64,000 nucleotides of DNA from the NCBI GenBank assembly GCA_016861205.1, contig BOKX01000001.1, positions 1,076,589-1,140,588 on the forward strand, read 5' to 3'. The position numbers and the translations under genes are program-made. The notes beneath the pieces were generated by a model, which did not search any database, was not told the origin of the DNA, and saw only the letters and a list, made by a program, of their open reading frames with translations. This DNA is from Patescibacteria group bacterium (GTDB lineage Bacteria > Patescibacteriota > Microgenomatia > UBA1400 > PJMF01). Shown here in pieces: positions 18,051 through 27,806 of the stretch (position 1 is the stretch's first letter; every line of letters starts with the position of its first letter).

Positions 18051-18132
18051 AGCTCCCACCGAGTTGAGCCAGCTCAGCACATAATGGCAGAACAGCCGCT
18101 GTTTTTTTTATAACTTCCGCTAGAATAACCTC

Positions 18133-19449
18133 ATGGTAGATCCTATTTTTGACCTCATTACCCAAGAAGAAACTCGCCAGCGGGAGATGATTGGCTTGAT
18201 TCCCTCGGAGAACCACATTTCGCCAGAGGTATCCTCGGTGCTTAGTTCTTGTTTGAACAGCAAGTACTCTGAAGGTTATTCTCGTCGTCGCTATTACGAA
18301 GGTAACCAAATCATCGACCAAATCGAAGATTTGGCGGTCAATCGGGTCAAAAAACTGTTTGACGTACCCTATGTGAATGTGCAGCCTTACTCAGGTTCGC
18401 CAGCCAACGGAGCTATCTACTTTGCGCTGATGCAGCCAGGGGAGACGCTGATGGGCTTGGCGCTCAGTTCTGGTGGACACCTGACACATGGCCATCCCAA
18501 CGTCACCTTTTCTGGCAGATACTTTAAAACGGTTCAGTATGGTTTGGACAGTCAGGCCAGAATTGATTTTGACCAGCTAGCTCGACTAGCTCGGGAACAC
18601 AAACCAAAGGTGATTGTAGCTGGGACGACTGCTTACCCATTTGTGTTGGACTTTGCCAAGTTTCGCCAGATTGCTGATGAAGTCGGAGCCTGGTTAGTCG
18701 CAGATATTTCGCACATTACTGGTCTAGTAGTTGCAGGGGAACATCCCTCGCCTGTGCCACACGTTGATGTCATCATGTCGACAACTCACAAAACCTTCCG
18801 TGGACCACGGGGTGCCATGATTATGGTTACCCAGCGCGGTTTGGATCGCGACAAAGATTTGGGTAAAAAGATTGACGCTGCCATTATTCCTGGTTTACAG
18901 GGTGGTCCGCACAACGCCACAACTGCCGGCATCGCTGTAGCAGCAGAGGAGGCGAGTCGGCCGGCTTTTATCAAGTATGCCAAACAAATTCGCACCAATG
19001 CCGACACGCTAGCTGAGGCTTTACAAGCCAAGGGTTTAATGCTGGTCGGGTCGGGGACGGAGAACCATTTGATGCTCATTGATTTAAGCGCTATCAGCCC
19101 TGGCTTGGGTGCCCAGGTCGCTTACGCCATGGATGTGGCTGGAATCTACGCCAATCGCAACACGGTCCCCAACGAGCCAGTCTCGCCATTCTATCCTTCA
19201 GGTATCCGCATCGGTACACCGTTGGTGACCACGCGAGGCATGAAGGCCAAGGACATGAAACAAATTGCGACTTGGATTCAACAAGTGGTTGAGTTGACCC
19301 AATCAGCTCGGTTACCAGAGGTCCAGGCTGAGCGCTCACCGTTTTTGAAAGAGTTCCGAGCCAAAGCTGACAAAGATAAAAAATTGCGAGCGATTCGCCA
19401 AGAAGTCAGCGCTTTTGCTCGTGAGTTCCCATTGTTTACTTGGAAGTAG
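18133..19449 (+). CDS. glyA: Serine hydroxymethyltransferase
   Basis: LIPSEN, KYSEGY, GGHLTHG, STTHKTFRGPRG, SGIRIGT. Confidence 0.98.
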   Translation: MVDPIFDLITQEETRQREMIGLIPSENHISPEVSSVLSSCLNSKYSEGYSRRRYYEGNQIIDQIEDLAVNRVKKLFDVPYVNVQPYSGSPANGAIYFALMQPGETLMGLALSSGGHLTHGHPNVTFSGRYFKTVQYGLDSQARIDFDQLARLAREHKPKVIVAGTTAYPFVLDFAKFRQIADEVGAWLVADISHITGLVVAGEHPSPVPHVDVIMSTTHKTFRGPRGAMIMVTQRGLDRDKDLGKKIDAAIIPGLQGGPHNATTAGIAVAAEEASRPAFIKYAKQIRTNADTLAEALQAKGLMLVGSGTENHLMLIDLSAISPGLGAQVAYAMDVAGIYANRNTVPNEPVSPFYPSGIRIGTPLVTTRGMKAKDMKQIATWIQQVVELTQSARLPEVQAERSPFLKEFRAKADKDKKLRAIRQEVSAFAREFPLFTWK

Positions 19450-19468
19450 CGCACCGGTGGCCCGAGCA

Positions 19469-20176
19469 TCAAGCGCGGTCGCTACGGGCAGCGCGGATCA
19501 TGACGAGGCCATTGCCGGCGGCAGCTATGCTGACCGGTTTGCCTTTTTTCCAAACACTGACTGTAAAACCAAGATTGGTCAGGTACTTGCACAAGGTGCT
19601 GAGCGATTGTTTAGGATGAGGGTGAAACTCGATCAGTAGCTGTCGTACTTTAACCAATTCTAATCCAGCGGACATCAGGATAGCTTGCTCCGCACCTTCA
19701 ATATCCATTTTTAACAAGTCTATTGAGTCAGTTAAAAACTCGCGAAGTCCCTTCATGGGGACAGTCAAAGGATAGGTAGCCTGATCACCTGTCCAGGCAG
19801 CGGGGAGGAGGCTGGCCGTACTCCACCATTGATCAGGGCTGCTATCGATGTACAGCTCTGTTTGCCCTGACTCAGTGCCGACCGCTACTTTCTCAACGGT
19901 GACCTGGTCATCAACTTGGTTTTGCCACAAGTTGCGCTCCAGAACTTCCGCTACGTACGGATTGGGTTCTACCGCAGTAATGTGCGCTCCTGGGGCTTGG
20001 GTCAAAAAGTATAGACTGGCCATGCCGATGTGGGCGCCAATGTCCAGGATGCGAGGTGAGGGAGTATCTGGTTCAAAAGAGTAGATATCACGGCCAAAAA
20101 TTTCCTGCTTCAAAACATGATACTCACGTTCATTGAGGTACTCGATTTGCCAGCCATGGAGTTTCGTTATCGGCAC
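19469..20176 (-). CDS. FkbM family methyltransferase
   Basis: ILDIGAHIG, VEPNP, LLKMDIEGAE, IEFH; start moved to GTG 20176. Confidence 0.92.
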   Translation of the reverse strand: MPITKLHGWQIEYLNEREYHVLKQEIFGRDIYSFEPDTPSPRILDIGAHIGMASLYFLTQAPGAHITAVEPNPYVAEVLERNLWQNQVDDQVTVEKVAVGTESGQTELYIDSSPDQWWSTASLLPAAWTGDQATYPLTVPMKGLREFLTDSIDLLKMDIEGAEQAILMSAGLELVKVRQLLIEFHPHPKQSLSTLCKYLTNLGFTVSVWKKGKPVSIAAAGNGLVMIRAARSDRA

Positions 20177-20197
20177 CTGCCTAGTATACTTCAGTCC

Positions 20198-21091
20198 ATG
20201 ACCCATCACGACCCACACTCTCACGTTGCAGCCGACCGACGCATTGGAGCCCATGTTTCGGCGGCAGGGGGACTGGACAAAGCCATTGAACGGGCAGCTG
20301 CGATCGGCGCCAACTGTGTGCAGGTCTTTTCGGGCAGTCCTCGGGTTTGGGCACGGTCACCTCTAGAAAAAGTTGATACCGCCAAAGTGTTCTCAAAACA
20401 GCAAGAATTGTCTATCAATCCAATTTTTACGCATACCATCTATTTGACAAACGTGGCTTCAGACAACCCGAACCTCGTCCAAAAGTCTGCAGAGGTTCTG
20501 AAGTATGATTTGCAGTTTGATAGTTTGGTTAAAGGTTCGGGAGTGGTGGTGCATTTAGGTAGCCACCAAGGTCGCGGTTGGGAAGCGGTCAAAGATCAGA
20601 CTGCGCGGGTGATTAGTGAAGTTTTGCAAAACACACCTGATGATTCACATCTGCTCATTGAGAACTCGGCTGGCCAACAGGGCAAGTTGTGTAGTGACTT
20701 AAGTGAAGTGCGTTGGTTGTTTGACGCCGTCAAATCAACGCGGTTGCGTTGGTGCCTCGATACCTGTCACGCTTGGTGTGCAGGGCTTTCCCTAGGTAAA
20801 GTTGGTCGAGACGGTCAAAAAACAGCGATCGAAGTGATTGAAGAACTGGATTTAGCTGATAAGTTGACTTTGGTTCATGTTAACGACAGCCGCGACCCTT
20901 TTGCTTCTGGTCGAGATAGGCACGCCAATCTTGGAGATGGGGAAATTCCACCAGCGGAGCTAGCTTACTTTTTAACGCATCCGTTCATCAAAGATAAACC
21001 ACTGGTCTTGGAAGTGCCTGGTATTGAAGGCGATGGACCAGATGCTGAAAATATTCAGCGGCTGAGAACCTTAGCTGGCCTTGGGAAGTGA
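20198..21091 (+). CDS. nfo: Endonuclease IV
   Basis: IGAHVSAAGG, H..YL.N, HLGS, ENSAG, DTCH, HVND, DRH, LE.P. Confidence 0.95.
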   Translation: MTHHDPHSHVAADRRIGAHVSAAGGLDKAIERAAAIGANCVQVFSGSPRVWARSPLEKVDTAKVFSKQQELSINPIFTHTIYLTNVASDNPNLVQKSAEVLKYDLQFDSLVKGSGVVVHLGSHQGRGWEAVKDQTARVISEVLQNTPDDSHLLIENSAGQQGKLCSDLSEVRWLFDAVKSTRLRWCLDTCHAWCAGLSLGKVGRDGQKTAIEVIEELDLADKLTLVHVNDSRDPFASGRDRHANLGDGEIPPAELAYFLTHPFIKDKPLVLEVPGIEGDGPDAENIQRLRTLAGLGK

Positions 21092-21970
21092 CAGTTCGGC
21101 TAAGAGTGGGGTAGCCATGGTTGCTACTTCGTCAGTGATAACGTGTGCCTGAACCAGGACACCAAGTATCTCGAGTGATAGCTGTCGGATTTGCTGGGGA
21201 AACTCCTCTTTACTCCAAGTAGCTGAGTTATCGATCACTAAATGGGACCGATTGCGAATCCCCTCTGCGGTGAAGTCGGTGGCATTTTGGCGTTTATAAC
21301 GGTCGGCATCTCGCAAGTGTCGTTCGGCGCGAATGCTAGCCACCTCTTCTATGGTGGTGTTCGAGTTTTTTTGGAGCTCGCGTTCAAGCATGCGTTGGGT
21401 GGCTTTGTCATCATCAGTTGTTACCCCGATGACGAGCATGTTGGGAAAAAGCTGGCGGTTGCGCTCAATGTCGGCGAAAACTTTTGAATCAACCACGACC
21501 ACTTGGCGCTCGGCCATTAGCTTGGCCACCTCGTCAGTAATCATCTGATCAAGTTCTGCGTCATGGTGATCATCGTTCTCGAGTTCAAGGTATGACCGCC
21601 AAGCATAAAATGCTTTGTGGAAGTTGCTATCTTCTTTGGCTTGCAGATAATCAAGATCAGGGTGGGCCAAGCTATACACTTGTTCAAAGAAGCGCCGACG
21701 CATCACTTCACCAGTTAAGACCAAACCAGGTTTAAAACGAATATCGGTTTCTGCCCGGGGGTTGAAACGCAAAAAGGATTCTTCCAGGGTGCTTGCTAGG
21801 GAAGTGGCAATTGAAGTACTACCAGTCCCGCCGCTGCGCAATACACCATCCTCACCCACGGTTGGCATGGCTCGGACCACAATCAGGAGCGTGTCAGTGT
21901 CGCTATACACCTCTACTTGGCGGTCAGCCAGTTCCTGAATAGATTGATAGTTTGCTTCAATTCTGCGCAT
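21071..21970 (-). CDS. Divergent archaeal-type cytidylate kinase-like protein
   Basis: SGGTGSTSIA P-loop variant, GE.MR, D..LD, VVVDS, R..R...D..RY, LVIDNS. Confidence 0.65.
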   Translation of the reverse strand: MRRIEANYQSIQELADRQVEVYSDTDTLLIVVRAMPTVGEDGVLRSGGTGSTSIATSLASTLEESFLRFNPRAETDIRFKPGLVLTGEVMRRRFFEQVYSLAHPDLDYLQAKEDSNFHKAFYAWRSYLELENDDHHDAELDQMITDEVAKLMAERQVVVVDSKVFADIERNRQLFPNMLVIGVTTDDDKATQRMLERELQKNSNTTIEEVASIRAERHLRDADRYKRQNATDFTAEGIRNRSHLVIDNSATWSKEEFPQQIRQLSLEILGVLVQAHVITDEVATMATPLLAELSLPKAS

Positions 21971-22063
21971 GTTCTCGGGGATTATATCACCGTCGTGTGA
22001 CTTTTCTTATAATAATTAAGTTGTCGCTGGACCGAGACTACTTTGGACTTGGTACAATACACC

Positions 22064-22975
22064 ATGATTGTTTTTGACGGATACACCTACGCCGCTCGTC
22101 GTGAACGAGAGCTGTTGCCAGAAGTGGCTAAGCTTAAAACGCAAGGCGTCGTGCCCAAAGTCGTAGCCATTTTGTTTCAAGAAGACCAAGGTAGCCAGCT
22201 GTACACTCGGCTTAAAAGCGAAGCCGCTACTCGGCTGGGTATTGAGTATCAAGTTCAGTCATTCTCACTGCGGACTCCCGTTTCGGAAATTGCGGAAGCG
22301 GTCAAAGCTGCCAACGCCGACCCATTAGTCACTGGCATTATTATTCAGAAACCCTGGCGACAGACGTGGGTACAAGTTTCCAGCCCAAATCACCACGATG
22401 GTGACCAAGCCGGAGCATTTAAAGCCTGGTGGCACGAACTCGTATCACTGATTGATCCTGCCAAGGATGTCGATGGGTTACACCCCAGCACGCTGGAGCT
22501 GTTGGCTGCCAACGCCTGGTCTGCCACTGGCAAAGTTTTGCCAGCTACATGCTTGGCAGTTTGGGAAATTCTGGAAGAATCTAAACAGTTGTCACCGGAA
22601 AAGCAGATAGTAATTATTGGTAAATCTGATTTGTTGGGTTTGCCGTTGTATTACTGGTTGCGTCACCACAACTACAAGGTGGAGCTATGGGGCAAAGCTG
22701 AACTAGCTGCTCGGCGCGAGTCAGGCCAGCTGTTGCAAGATAAAGATATTGTTATCTCAGCCACCGGCCAGCCAGGCTTAATCACTGGTGACTTGCTCAA
22801 ACCAGGTGTGACTCTGGTGGATGTAGGGGAACCGCGGGCTGATATTGATCGGGCTAGCTTGAGCGAGACGGTGGCATTTTTGACACCCGTCCCAGGCGGA
22901 GTAGGGCCCGTGACAGTCAGTTGCCTAATGGCTAACGCTGTGACCTTAGCGAGCCAAAAGCTAACTACTCGCTAA
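22064..22975 (+). CDS. folD: Methylene-THF dehydrogenase/cyclohydrolase
   Basis: S.LY..LK, GIIIQ.P, KDVDGLHP, IGKS.LLG.P, DVG, TPVPGGVGP.TV. Confidence 0.93.
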   Translation: MIVFDGYTYAARRERELLPEVAKLKTQGVVPKVVAILFQEDQGSQLYTRLKSEAATRLGIEYQVQSFSLRTPVSEIAEAVKAANADPLVTGIIIQKPWRQTWVQVSSPNHHDGDQAGAFKAWWHELVSLIDPAKDVDGLHPSTLELLAANAWSATGKVLPATCLAVWEILEESKQLSPEKQIVIIGKSDLLGLPLYYWLRHHNYKVELWGKAELAARRESGQLLQDKDIVISATGQPGLITGDLLKPGVTLVDVGEPRADIDRASLSETVAFLTPVPGGVGPVTVSCLMANAVTLASQKLTTR

Positions 22976-23017
22976 ATTTTCTCTGGTGTGATATACTTCA
23001 CCTCTAGTAATTATATT

Positions 23018-23079
23018 GCGCTGTTTGCGGTCAGAGTCCTGATTCACCCAAACCAGCGCGCTCCTCACAAAGTGAGGGC
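23018..23079 (+). promoter_or_regulatory. Structured rpsB leader (probable S2 autoregulatory element)
   Basis: GCGCTGTTTG...CAAACCAGCGC stem plus CCTCAC-AAA-GTGAGG hairpin between TATACT (22992) and rpsB. Confidence 0.55.
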
Positions 23080-23090
23080 AAACAAGGACA

Positions 23091-23810
23091 GTGATGATTG
23101 ATACCACCGCCTTACCTAACCATGCTCCAGAGTATGATCTGCAGCAGTTGTTTGATGCCGGTTGCCATTTTGGCCACCAAGCTCGCAAATGGCACCCAGC
23201 CATGGCGCAGTTCATTTACATGGAAAAAGATGGCGTGCACATCTTTGACCTGGCCAAAACCGCCGCTCAACTGCAACAAGCTTACAACTACGTTTACGAG
23301 TTAGGTCGCACTGGTGGCACTTTGGTTATGGTTGGGACCAAACGCCAAGCCAAAGAGTTAGTTAAAGCTGCCGCTGAGCCAGCGGGCGTGATGTTCATCA
23401 CATCTCGATGGTTGGGTGGTCTGTTGACCAACTGGGAACAGGTGCAAAAATCTCTCAAACGCATGATCGAGATCGAGACTGGTTTGCAGAATGACACTTT
23501 CAAAGGATACACCAAGTTTGAACGAGTTCAGCTCGAGAAAGAGCAAGGCCGATTGGAGCGTTTCTTCATCGGTATCAAGAACCTCAAGAAACGTCCTGAT
23601 TGCTTGTTCGTGATCGATCCAGCTCGAGAAAAGAACGTGATTCGCGAAGCCCAAAGTATGGGTGTGCCAGTCATTGCCTTGATCGACTCAAACGCCGATC
23701 CTCGCCAAGTTGACATCGCGATTCCCGCCAACGACGACGCTATGAGTAGTATCCAACTCATCGTCAACGAAATTGCCAAAGCCTACCAGGCTGGCAAAGC
23801 TGCCAAGTAA
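23091..23810 (+). CDS. rpsB: 30S ribosomal protein S2
   Basis: AGCHFGH...WHP.M, VGTK, RWLGGLLTN, IPANDD. Confidence 0.98.
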   Translation: MMIDTTALPNHAPEYDLQQLFDAGCHFGHQARKWHPAMAQFIYMEKDGVHIFDLAKTAAQLQQAYNYVYELGRTGGTLVMVGTKRQAKELVKAAAEPAGVMFITSRWLGGLLTNWEQVQKSLKRMIEIETGLQNDTFKGYTKFERVQLEKEQGRLERFFIGIKNLKKRPDCLFVIDPAREKNVIREAQSMGVPVIALIDSNADPRQVDIAIPANDDAMSSIQLIVNEIAKAYQAGKAAK

Positions 23811-23917
23811 TTTGGTAGTCTAGATAGAGACTTTTATTAATGAGTAGATGAAGGAGTGTTTTGTAGTTTTGAGTCCGACTTTTCTCTGGAGGAGGAAAAA
23901 CTACAAAACAGACAATT

Positions 23918-24376
23918 ATGAGTTACACCGCTGCAGACGTTAAACAACTTCGTGAAGAAACCGGTGCTGGCATGATGGACTGTAAAAAAGCCCTCGACGA
24001 AGCCGGCGGCGACTACGCCAAAGCTCGCGACTTAGTGCGAGAGCGTGGCTTAGCCAAAGCTGAGAAGAAAGCTGACCGCGAAACCAAAGAAGGTTACATC
24101 GCTAGTTATGTTCACGCCACCGGCAAGAATGCCGTGATGGTTGAACTGCTGTGCGAAACCGACTTTGTCGGCCGCAACGAAGAGTTCCGCGCTTTGGGTC
24201 GGGATATCGCCATGCAAGTTTCTGCCATGGCCCCTGAGACCGTTGAAGAACTGTTAGCTCAAGAGTTTATTAAAGATGGCTCACAAACCATTGAGCAAAT
24301 GCTCAAGGCTTTGAGTGGCAAAATCGGCGAAAAGCTGATGGTTGGCCGCTTTGTGCGCTACGTAGTGGGCGAGTAA
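23918..24376 (+). CDS. tsf: Elongation factor Ts (short form)
   Basis: VKQLREETGAGMMDCKKAL, ELLCETDFV. Confidence 0.96.
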   Translation: MSYTAADVKQLREETGAGMMDCKKALDEAGGDYAKARDLVRERGLAKAEKKADRETKEGYIASYVHATGKNAVMVELLCETDFVGRNEEFRALGRDIAMQVSAMAPETVEELLAQEFIKDGSQTIEQMLKALSGKIGEKLMVGRFVRYVVGE

Positions 24377-24399
24377 ATCGTACCTACAGTATGAAAATG

Positions 24400-24425
24400 A
24401 AAGCCCTCGGAAACGAGGGCTTTTT
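24400..24425. terminator. Bidirectional intrinsic terminator between tsf and queA
   Basis: AAAGCCCTCG-GAAA-CGAGGGCTTTTT. Confidence 0.85.
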
Positions 24426-24429
24426 GGTG

Positions 24430-25518
24430 TCAGGTAATCAGCATCGCATCACCAAAACTGAGGAATCGGTAGTCTTGTTGCAAGGCCACTTGGTAAGCAG
24501 CACCCAACGTGGTGTCGGCGAACGAAGTGAACGAGTGGGCGGTGTTGGGTTGGGTGACAAAGGCGGAAACAAGCATCAGTAACGTTGAGTCTGGTTCGTG
24601 GAAGTTGGTGATTAAGCCATCAATAGCCTCGAATCGATAGGGCGGATAAATGAAGATCCTGGTTTCACCACTGCCAGCTACAAATTGATGGCGTTCGTGA
24701 TCGAAGCAGGTTTCCAACACGCGAGTGGTGGTAGTTCCAACTGAGATGATACGTCGACCGGCCTGGCGAGCAGCATTGAGGGCGGCCGCGGTGTCAGCCG
24801 AGAACGAGTAGGTCTCAGCGTGCATCTCGTGCTGCGTGATGTCATCAACTTTGACACGCAGGAATGTGCCCAGCCCAACGTGCAAGGTAACTTCGTGAAT
24901 CTCAACACCCAGCTGTGTTAGCGCCTGGTCAACCGCTGGCGTAAAGTGCAGACCAGCCGTTGGTGCAGCGGCTGAGCCAGCCACTTTGGCGTAGAGGGTC
25001 TGGTACAACTGACGTAGTTCCTGTGGGTCATCACCGTGCCACTCGAGGTAGGGAGGTAGGGGAGTATGACCAATTTTCTCGAGGCTTTCGAACAGTTCGG
25101 TATGTGACTGGTTAAACTCAATCGTCCGACTAAAACCGGTGATCTCGGCACAACTTCCTTCAAGGTCCACATTGTCAAAGACGACTGTTTGGCCAGGTTT
25201 GAGACCGGGCTTGGTCAGACACTCCCAGCGCTCAGTCGCTGAGCCACTGCTTAGTCGTTTGGCGAGCAGGATTTCGACTTCACCACCGGACTTTTTTCGC
25301 CCGAAAATCCGAGCCGGAATTACTTTGGTGTTGTTGCGCACCAAGATGTCGGTGGGCCAGAGCAGGCTGGGCAACTCCCGAAAGTGGTGGTGATGCAGCT
25401 CGCCAGTCTCACGGTTGACGACCAGCAACCGGCTGCTGTCTCGAGGTACAGCTGGAGTCTGTGCAATTCGCTCAGCAGGGAGGTCATAGTGGAAATCTCG
25501 AGGTGAGAGCATAACCAT
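24430..25518 (-). CDS. queA: SAM:tRNA ribosyltransferase-isomerase
   Basis: F.YDLP...IAQ.P, N.TKVIPAR, PLPPY, AAPTAGLHFT, TLHVG.GTF, TNFH, SFGDAM. Confidence 0.97.
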   Translation of the reverse strand: MVMLSPRDFHYDLPAERIAQTPAVPRDSSRLLVVNRETGELHHHHFRELPSLLWPTDILVRNNTKVIPARIFGRKKSGGEVEILLAKRLSSGSATERWECLTKPGLKPGQTVVFDNVDLEGSCAEITGFSRTIEFNQSHTELFESLEKIGHTPLPPYLEWHGDDPQELRQLYQTLYAKVAGSAAAPTAGLHFTPAVDQALTQLGVEIHEVTLHVGLGTFLRVKVDDITQHEMHAETYSFSADTAAALNAARQAGRRIISVGTTTTRVLETCFDHERHQFVAGSGETRIFIYPPYRFEAIDGLITNFHEPDSTLLMLVSAFVTQPNTAHSFTSFADTTLGAAYQVALQQDYRFLSFGDAMLIT

Positions 25519-25584
25519 GTATTATACTGCACCGGTTTTGAGCGCTCGGCTGGCTTGGCAGATAGAGTACAATAGCTGTTCAAG

Positions 25585-26739
25585 ATGCCAAACTCAACTT
25601 TTAGCTTTCATCTAGAGAAAACTGTCGGCCGAGCCAGAATTGGCTGGTTTGAGACACCACATGGCCGAGTTGAGACGCCGATTTTTATGCCAGTTGGGAC
25701 CTTGGCCACAGTTAAAGCCTTGGACACTCAGGATATTGCTGCTACCCAAGCCCAGATCATTTTAGCCAACACCTACCACCTGTACTTGCGACCCGGCATG
25801 GAAAGGCTGCAAGCGATGGGGGGAGTGCATCAGTTCATGAACTGGTCGAAACCCATGTTGACTGACTCAGGTGGTTTTCAAGTTTTTTCGCTCGGCAAAA
25901 CAGACGGCGGAGTCAAGATTACCGAAGAAGGCGTTGGCTTTACTTCGCACTTGGATGGTTCAAAACACTTCTTTACACCCGAGCGGGCGATCGAGATTCA
26001 GCAGCAAATTGGGGCCGACATCATGATGGCCTTTGATGAGTGCACACCAGATCAAGCTGACAGCCGATATGCTCGGGAAGCTTTGGATCGGACGCATCGA
26101 TGGGCCGATCAATGTCTGATGGCCTGGGAAGCGCGCGATCGACACAGCGTGTATGGTCAGTATCAAGCTTTGTTTGGCATTGTCCAAGGAGCCATGATTC
26201 CGGAGCTCCGGCGTGAGTCGGCTGAGTTTATGGTGGCGCGTCCCTTCGACGGTATTGCCGTGGGTGGCGAGACCATCGGCTACAACATGGCTGGAACGGC
26301 TGAGGTGATGGGCTGGATCGAGCAGTTGTTGCCTGCTGATAAGCCGCGCTATGCCATGGGTCTGGGTCTCAACCCCAGTGATTTAGTGGCAGCGGTGAAA
26401 CTGGGTTTTGATATGTTTGACTGTGTGGCGCCAACGCGACTGGCTCGCAACGGAGCCATCTACGTGGGTGAAATCCAAGGTACCGGTGAAAACGTGGAGT
26501 TCGTCAGCGAGTGGCCGAAAGGTCGCCTGAGCATTGGTAACTCGCGGTTTGCGACTGACCAGTCTGTGATTCAACCTGGGTGCGACTGTCACACCTGCCA
26601 GATGGGGTACAGCCGAGCCTACCTTCACCATCTCTACAAATGCGGCGAATTGACGTACTATCGATTAGCATCGATTCATAACGTCCGATGTATGGTACGC
26701 TTAACTGAGCAGTTGCGAACCCAGCTCAAGCTTGGGTAA
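25585..26739 (+). CDS. tgt: tRNA-guanine transglycosylase
   Basis: TPIFMPVGT, LANTYHL, TDSGGFQ, FDEC, DMFDCV, CDCHTC..H Zn site. Confidence 0.97.
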   Translation: MPNSTFSFHLEKTVGRARIGWFETPHGRVETPIFMPVGTLATVKALDTQDIAATQAQIILANTYHLYLRPGMERLQAMGGVHQFMNWSKPMLTDSGGFQVFSLGKTDGGVKITEEGVGFTSHLDGSKHFFTPERAIEIQQQIGADIMMAFDECTPDQADSRYAREALDRTHRWADQCLMAWEARDRHSVYGQYQALFGIVQGAMIPELRRESAEFMVARPFDGIAVGGETIGYNMAGTAEVMGWIEQLLPADKPRYAMGLGLNPSDLVAAVKLGFDMFDCVAPTRLARNGAIYVGEIQGTGENVEFVSEWPKGRLSIGNSRFATDQSVIQPGCDCHTCQMGYSRAYLHHLYKCGELTYYRLASIHNVRCMVRLTEQLRTQLKLG

Positions 26740-26759
26740 AGTAGAACTACTCACAATTT

Positions 26760-27806
26760 ATGTCCCGTCGTGTCGCCGCCCACCGCCGTGGAACCAAGTA
26801 TGACTATGCTGCCTCAGGTCGCTCTACGCGACGCTCGGGGTCTGTAGTTGTCAGGCGAACCCGCCCTTCGAACCAGTCAAAGAGACCAAGTCACAAATCA
26901 AGTTCTGGTCCCATGAAGTTGTTGGGAGCGATTGTCACTGCCATGATCGGTTTACTGGCAATTGGTTGGTTGTCTTGGACACTTGCCCCGAACTGGTTGG
27001 GTTTTAAGCAAGATAGCCAAACATTATTCATTTCATCAGAAAAAGATGGACACAACAAGAGAATAATATACGCAGTATATTTAAAGGATGCCAACAGAAT
27101 TCACTTGTGGGAGCTCGACTCTCAAACACCGGTGCATTTGATTGGTGGATATGGTGAGTATCCGCTCAGTGCAGTAAACAGGTTGTTGGGTCTAGAGAAA
27201 AAATCGCCTGATTTCGTGCGAGCTGCCTACAGCCAAGCAATTGGGGTGGGGGCAAGTGACATTATCACAACTGTTGAGCCGACGTCAGATCTGACCACCT
27301 TAGAGGCCACCAGGAAATGGTGGTGGCAGACTGCTTGGGCCAATGTATCTCATCATTGGCAAGCGTGGCAATGGTATTGGGCAGCTGATCAAGTTGGGTC
27401 GTATGGCGTCACCTTCCATGGCCAGGTGCCAGTGGCCAATTTGGGTCGAGAAGTGAGGCTGTTGCCCGATTGGCTGGACAGTGAGTGTTCAATTGCTGTG
27501 GTGAACACCACGGCTGTCAGCGGGTTGGCCAGCCAGTTGGCCAGAGTTTTAGAAAACGGGCAGTTGCGAGTCATCCGAGTTACCGATAGTAAGCAACCGT
27601 CCGATGTGACACAGTTGGTGATGAATAACCAGGCGGCAGGACGTTGTCAGCGGGCAATGCATGGGGTTGAAACAGTGCTGCCACTTGAGCCTCATGCAGT
27701 GGAAAATCAAGAAGCGGCTAACCAATATCGTGCAGATATTGTGGTACTACTTGGCAAAGATGTTGAGCCTTTGTTCATGGGCCAGACTAGTGGCCCAAGT
27801 CGCTAG
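26760..27806 (+). CDS. LytR C-terminal domain membrane protein (LCP-like)
   Basis: Basic N-tail, one TM, V.NTT..SGLA...A..L...G and ADIVVLLGKD. Confidence 0.8.
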   Translation: MSRRVAAHRRGTKYDYAASGRSTRRSGSVVVRRTRPSNQSKRPSHKSSSGPMKLLGAIVTAMIGLLAIGWLSWTLAPNWLGFKQDSQTLFISSEKDGHNKRIIYAVYLKDANRIHLWELDSQTPVHLIGGYGEYPLSAVNRLLGLEKKSPDFVRAAYSQAIGVGASDIITTVEPTSDLTTLEATRKWWWQTAWANVSHHWQAWQWYWAADQVGSYGVTFHGQVPVANLGREVRLLPDWLDSECSIAVVNTTAVSGLASQLARVLENGQLRVIRVTDSKQPSDVTQLVMNNQAAGRCQRAMHGVETVLPLEPHAVENQEAANQYRADIVVLLGKDVEPLFMGQTSGPSR

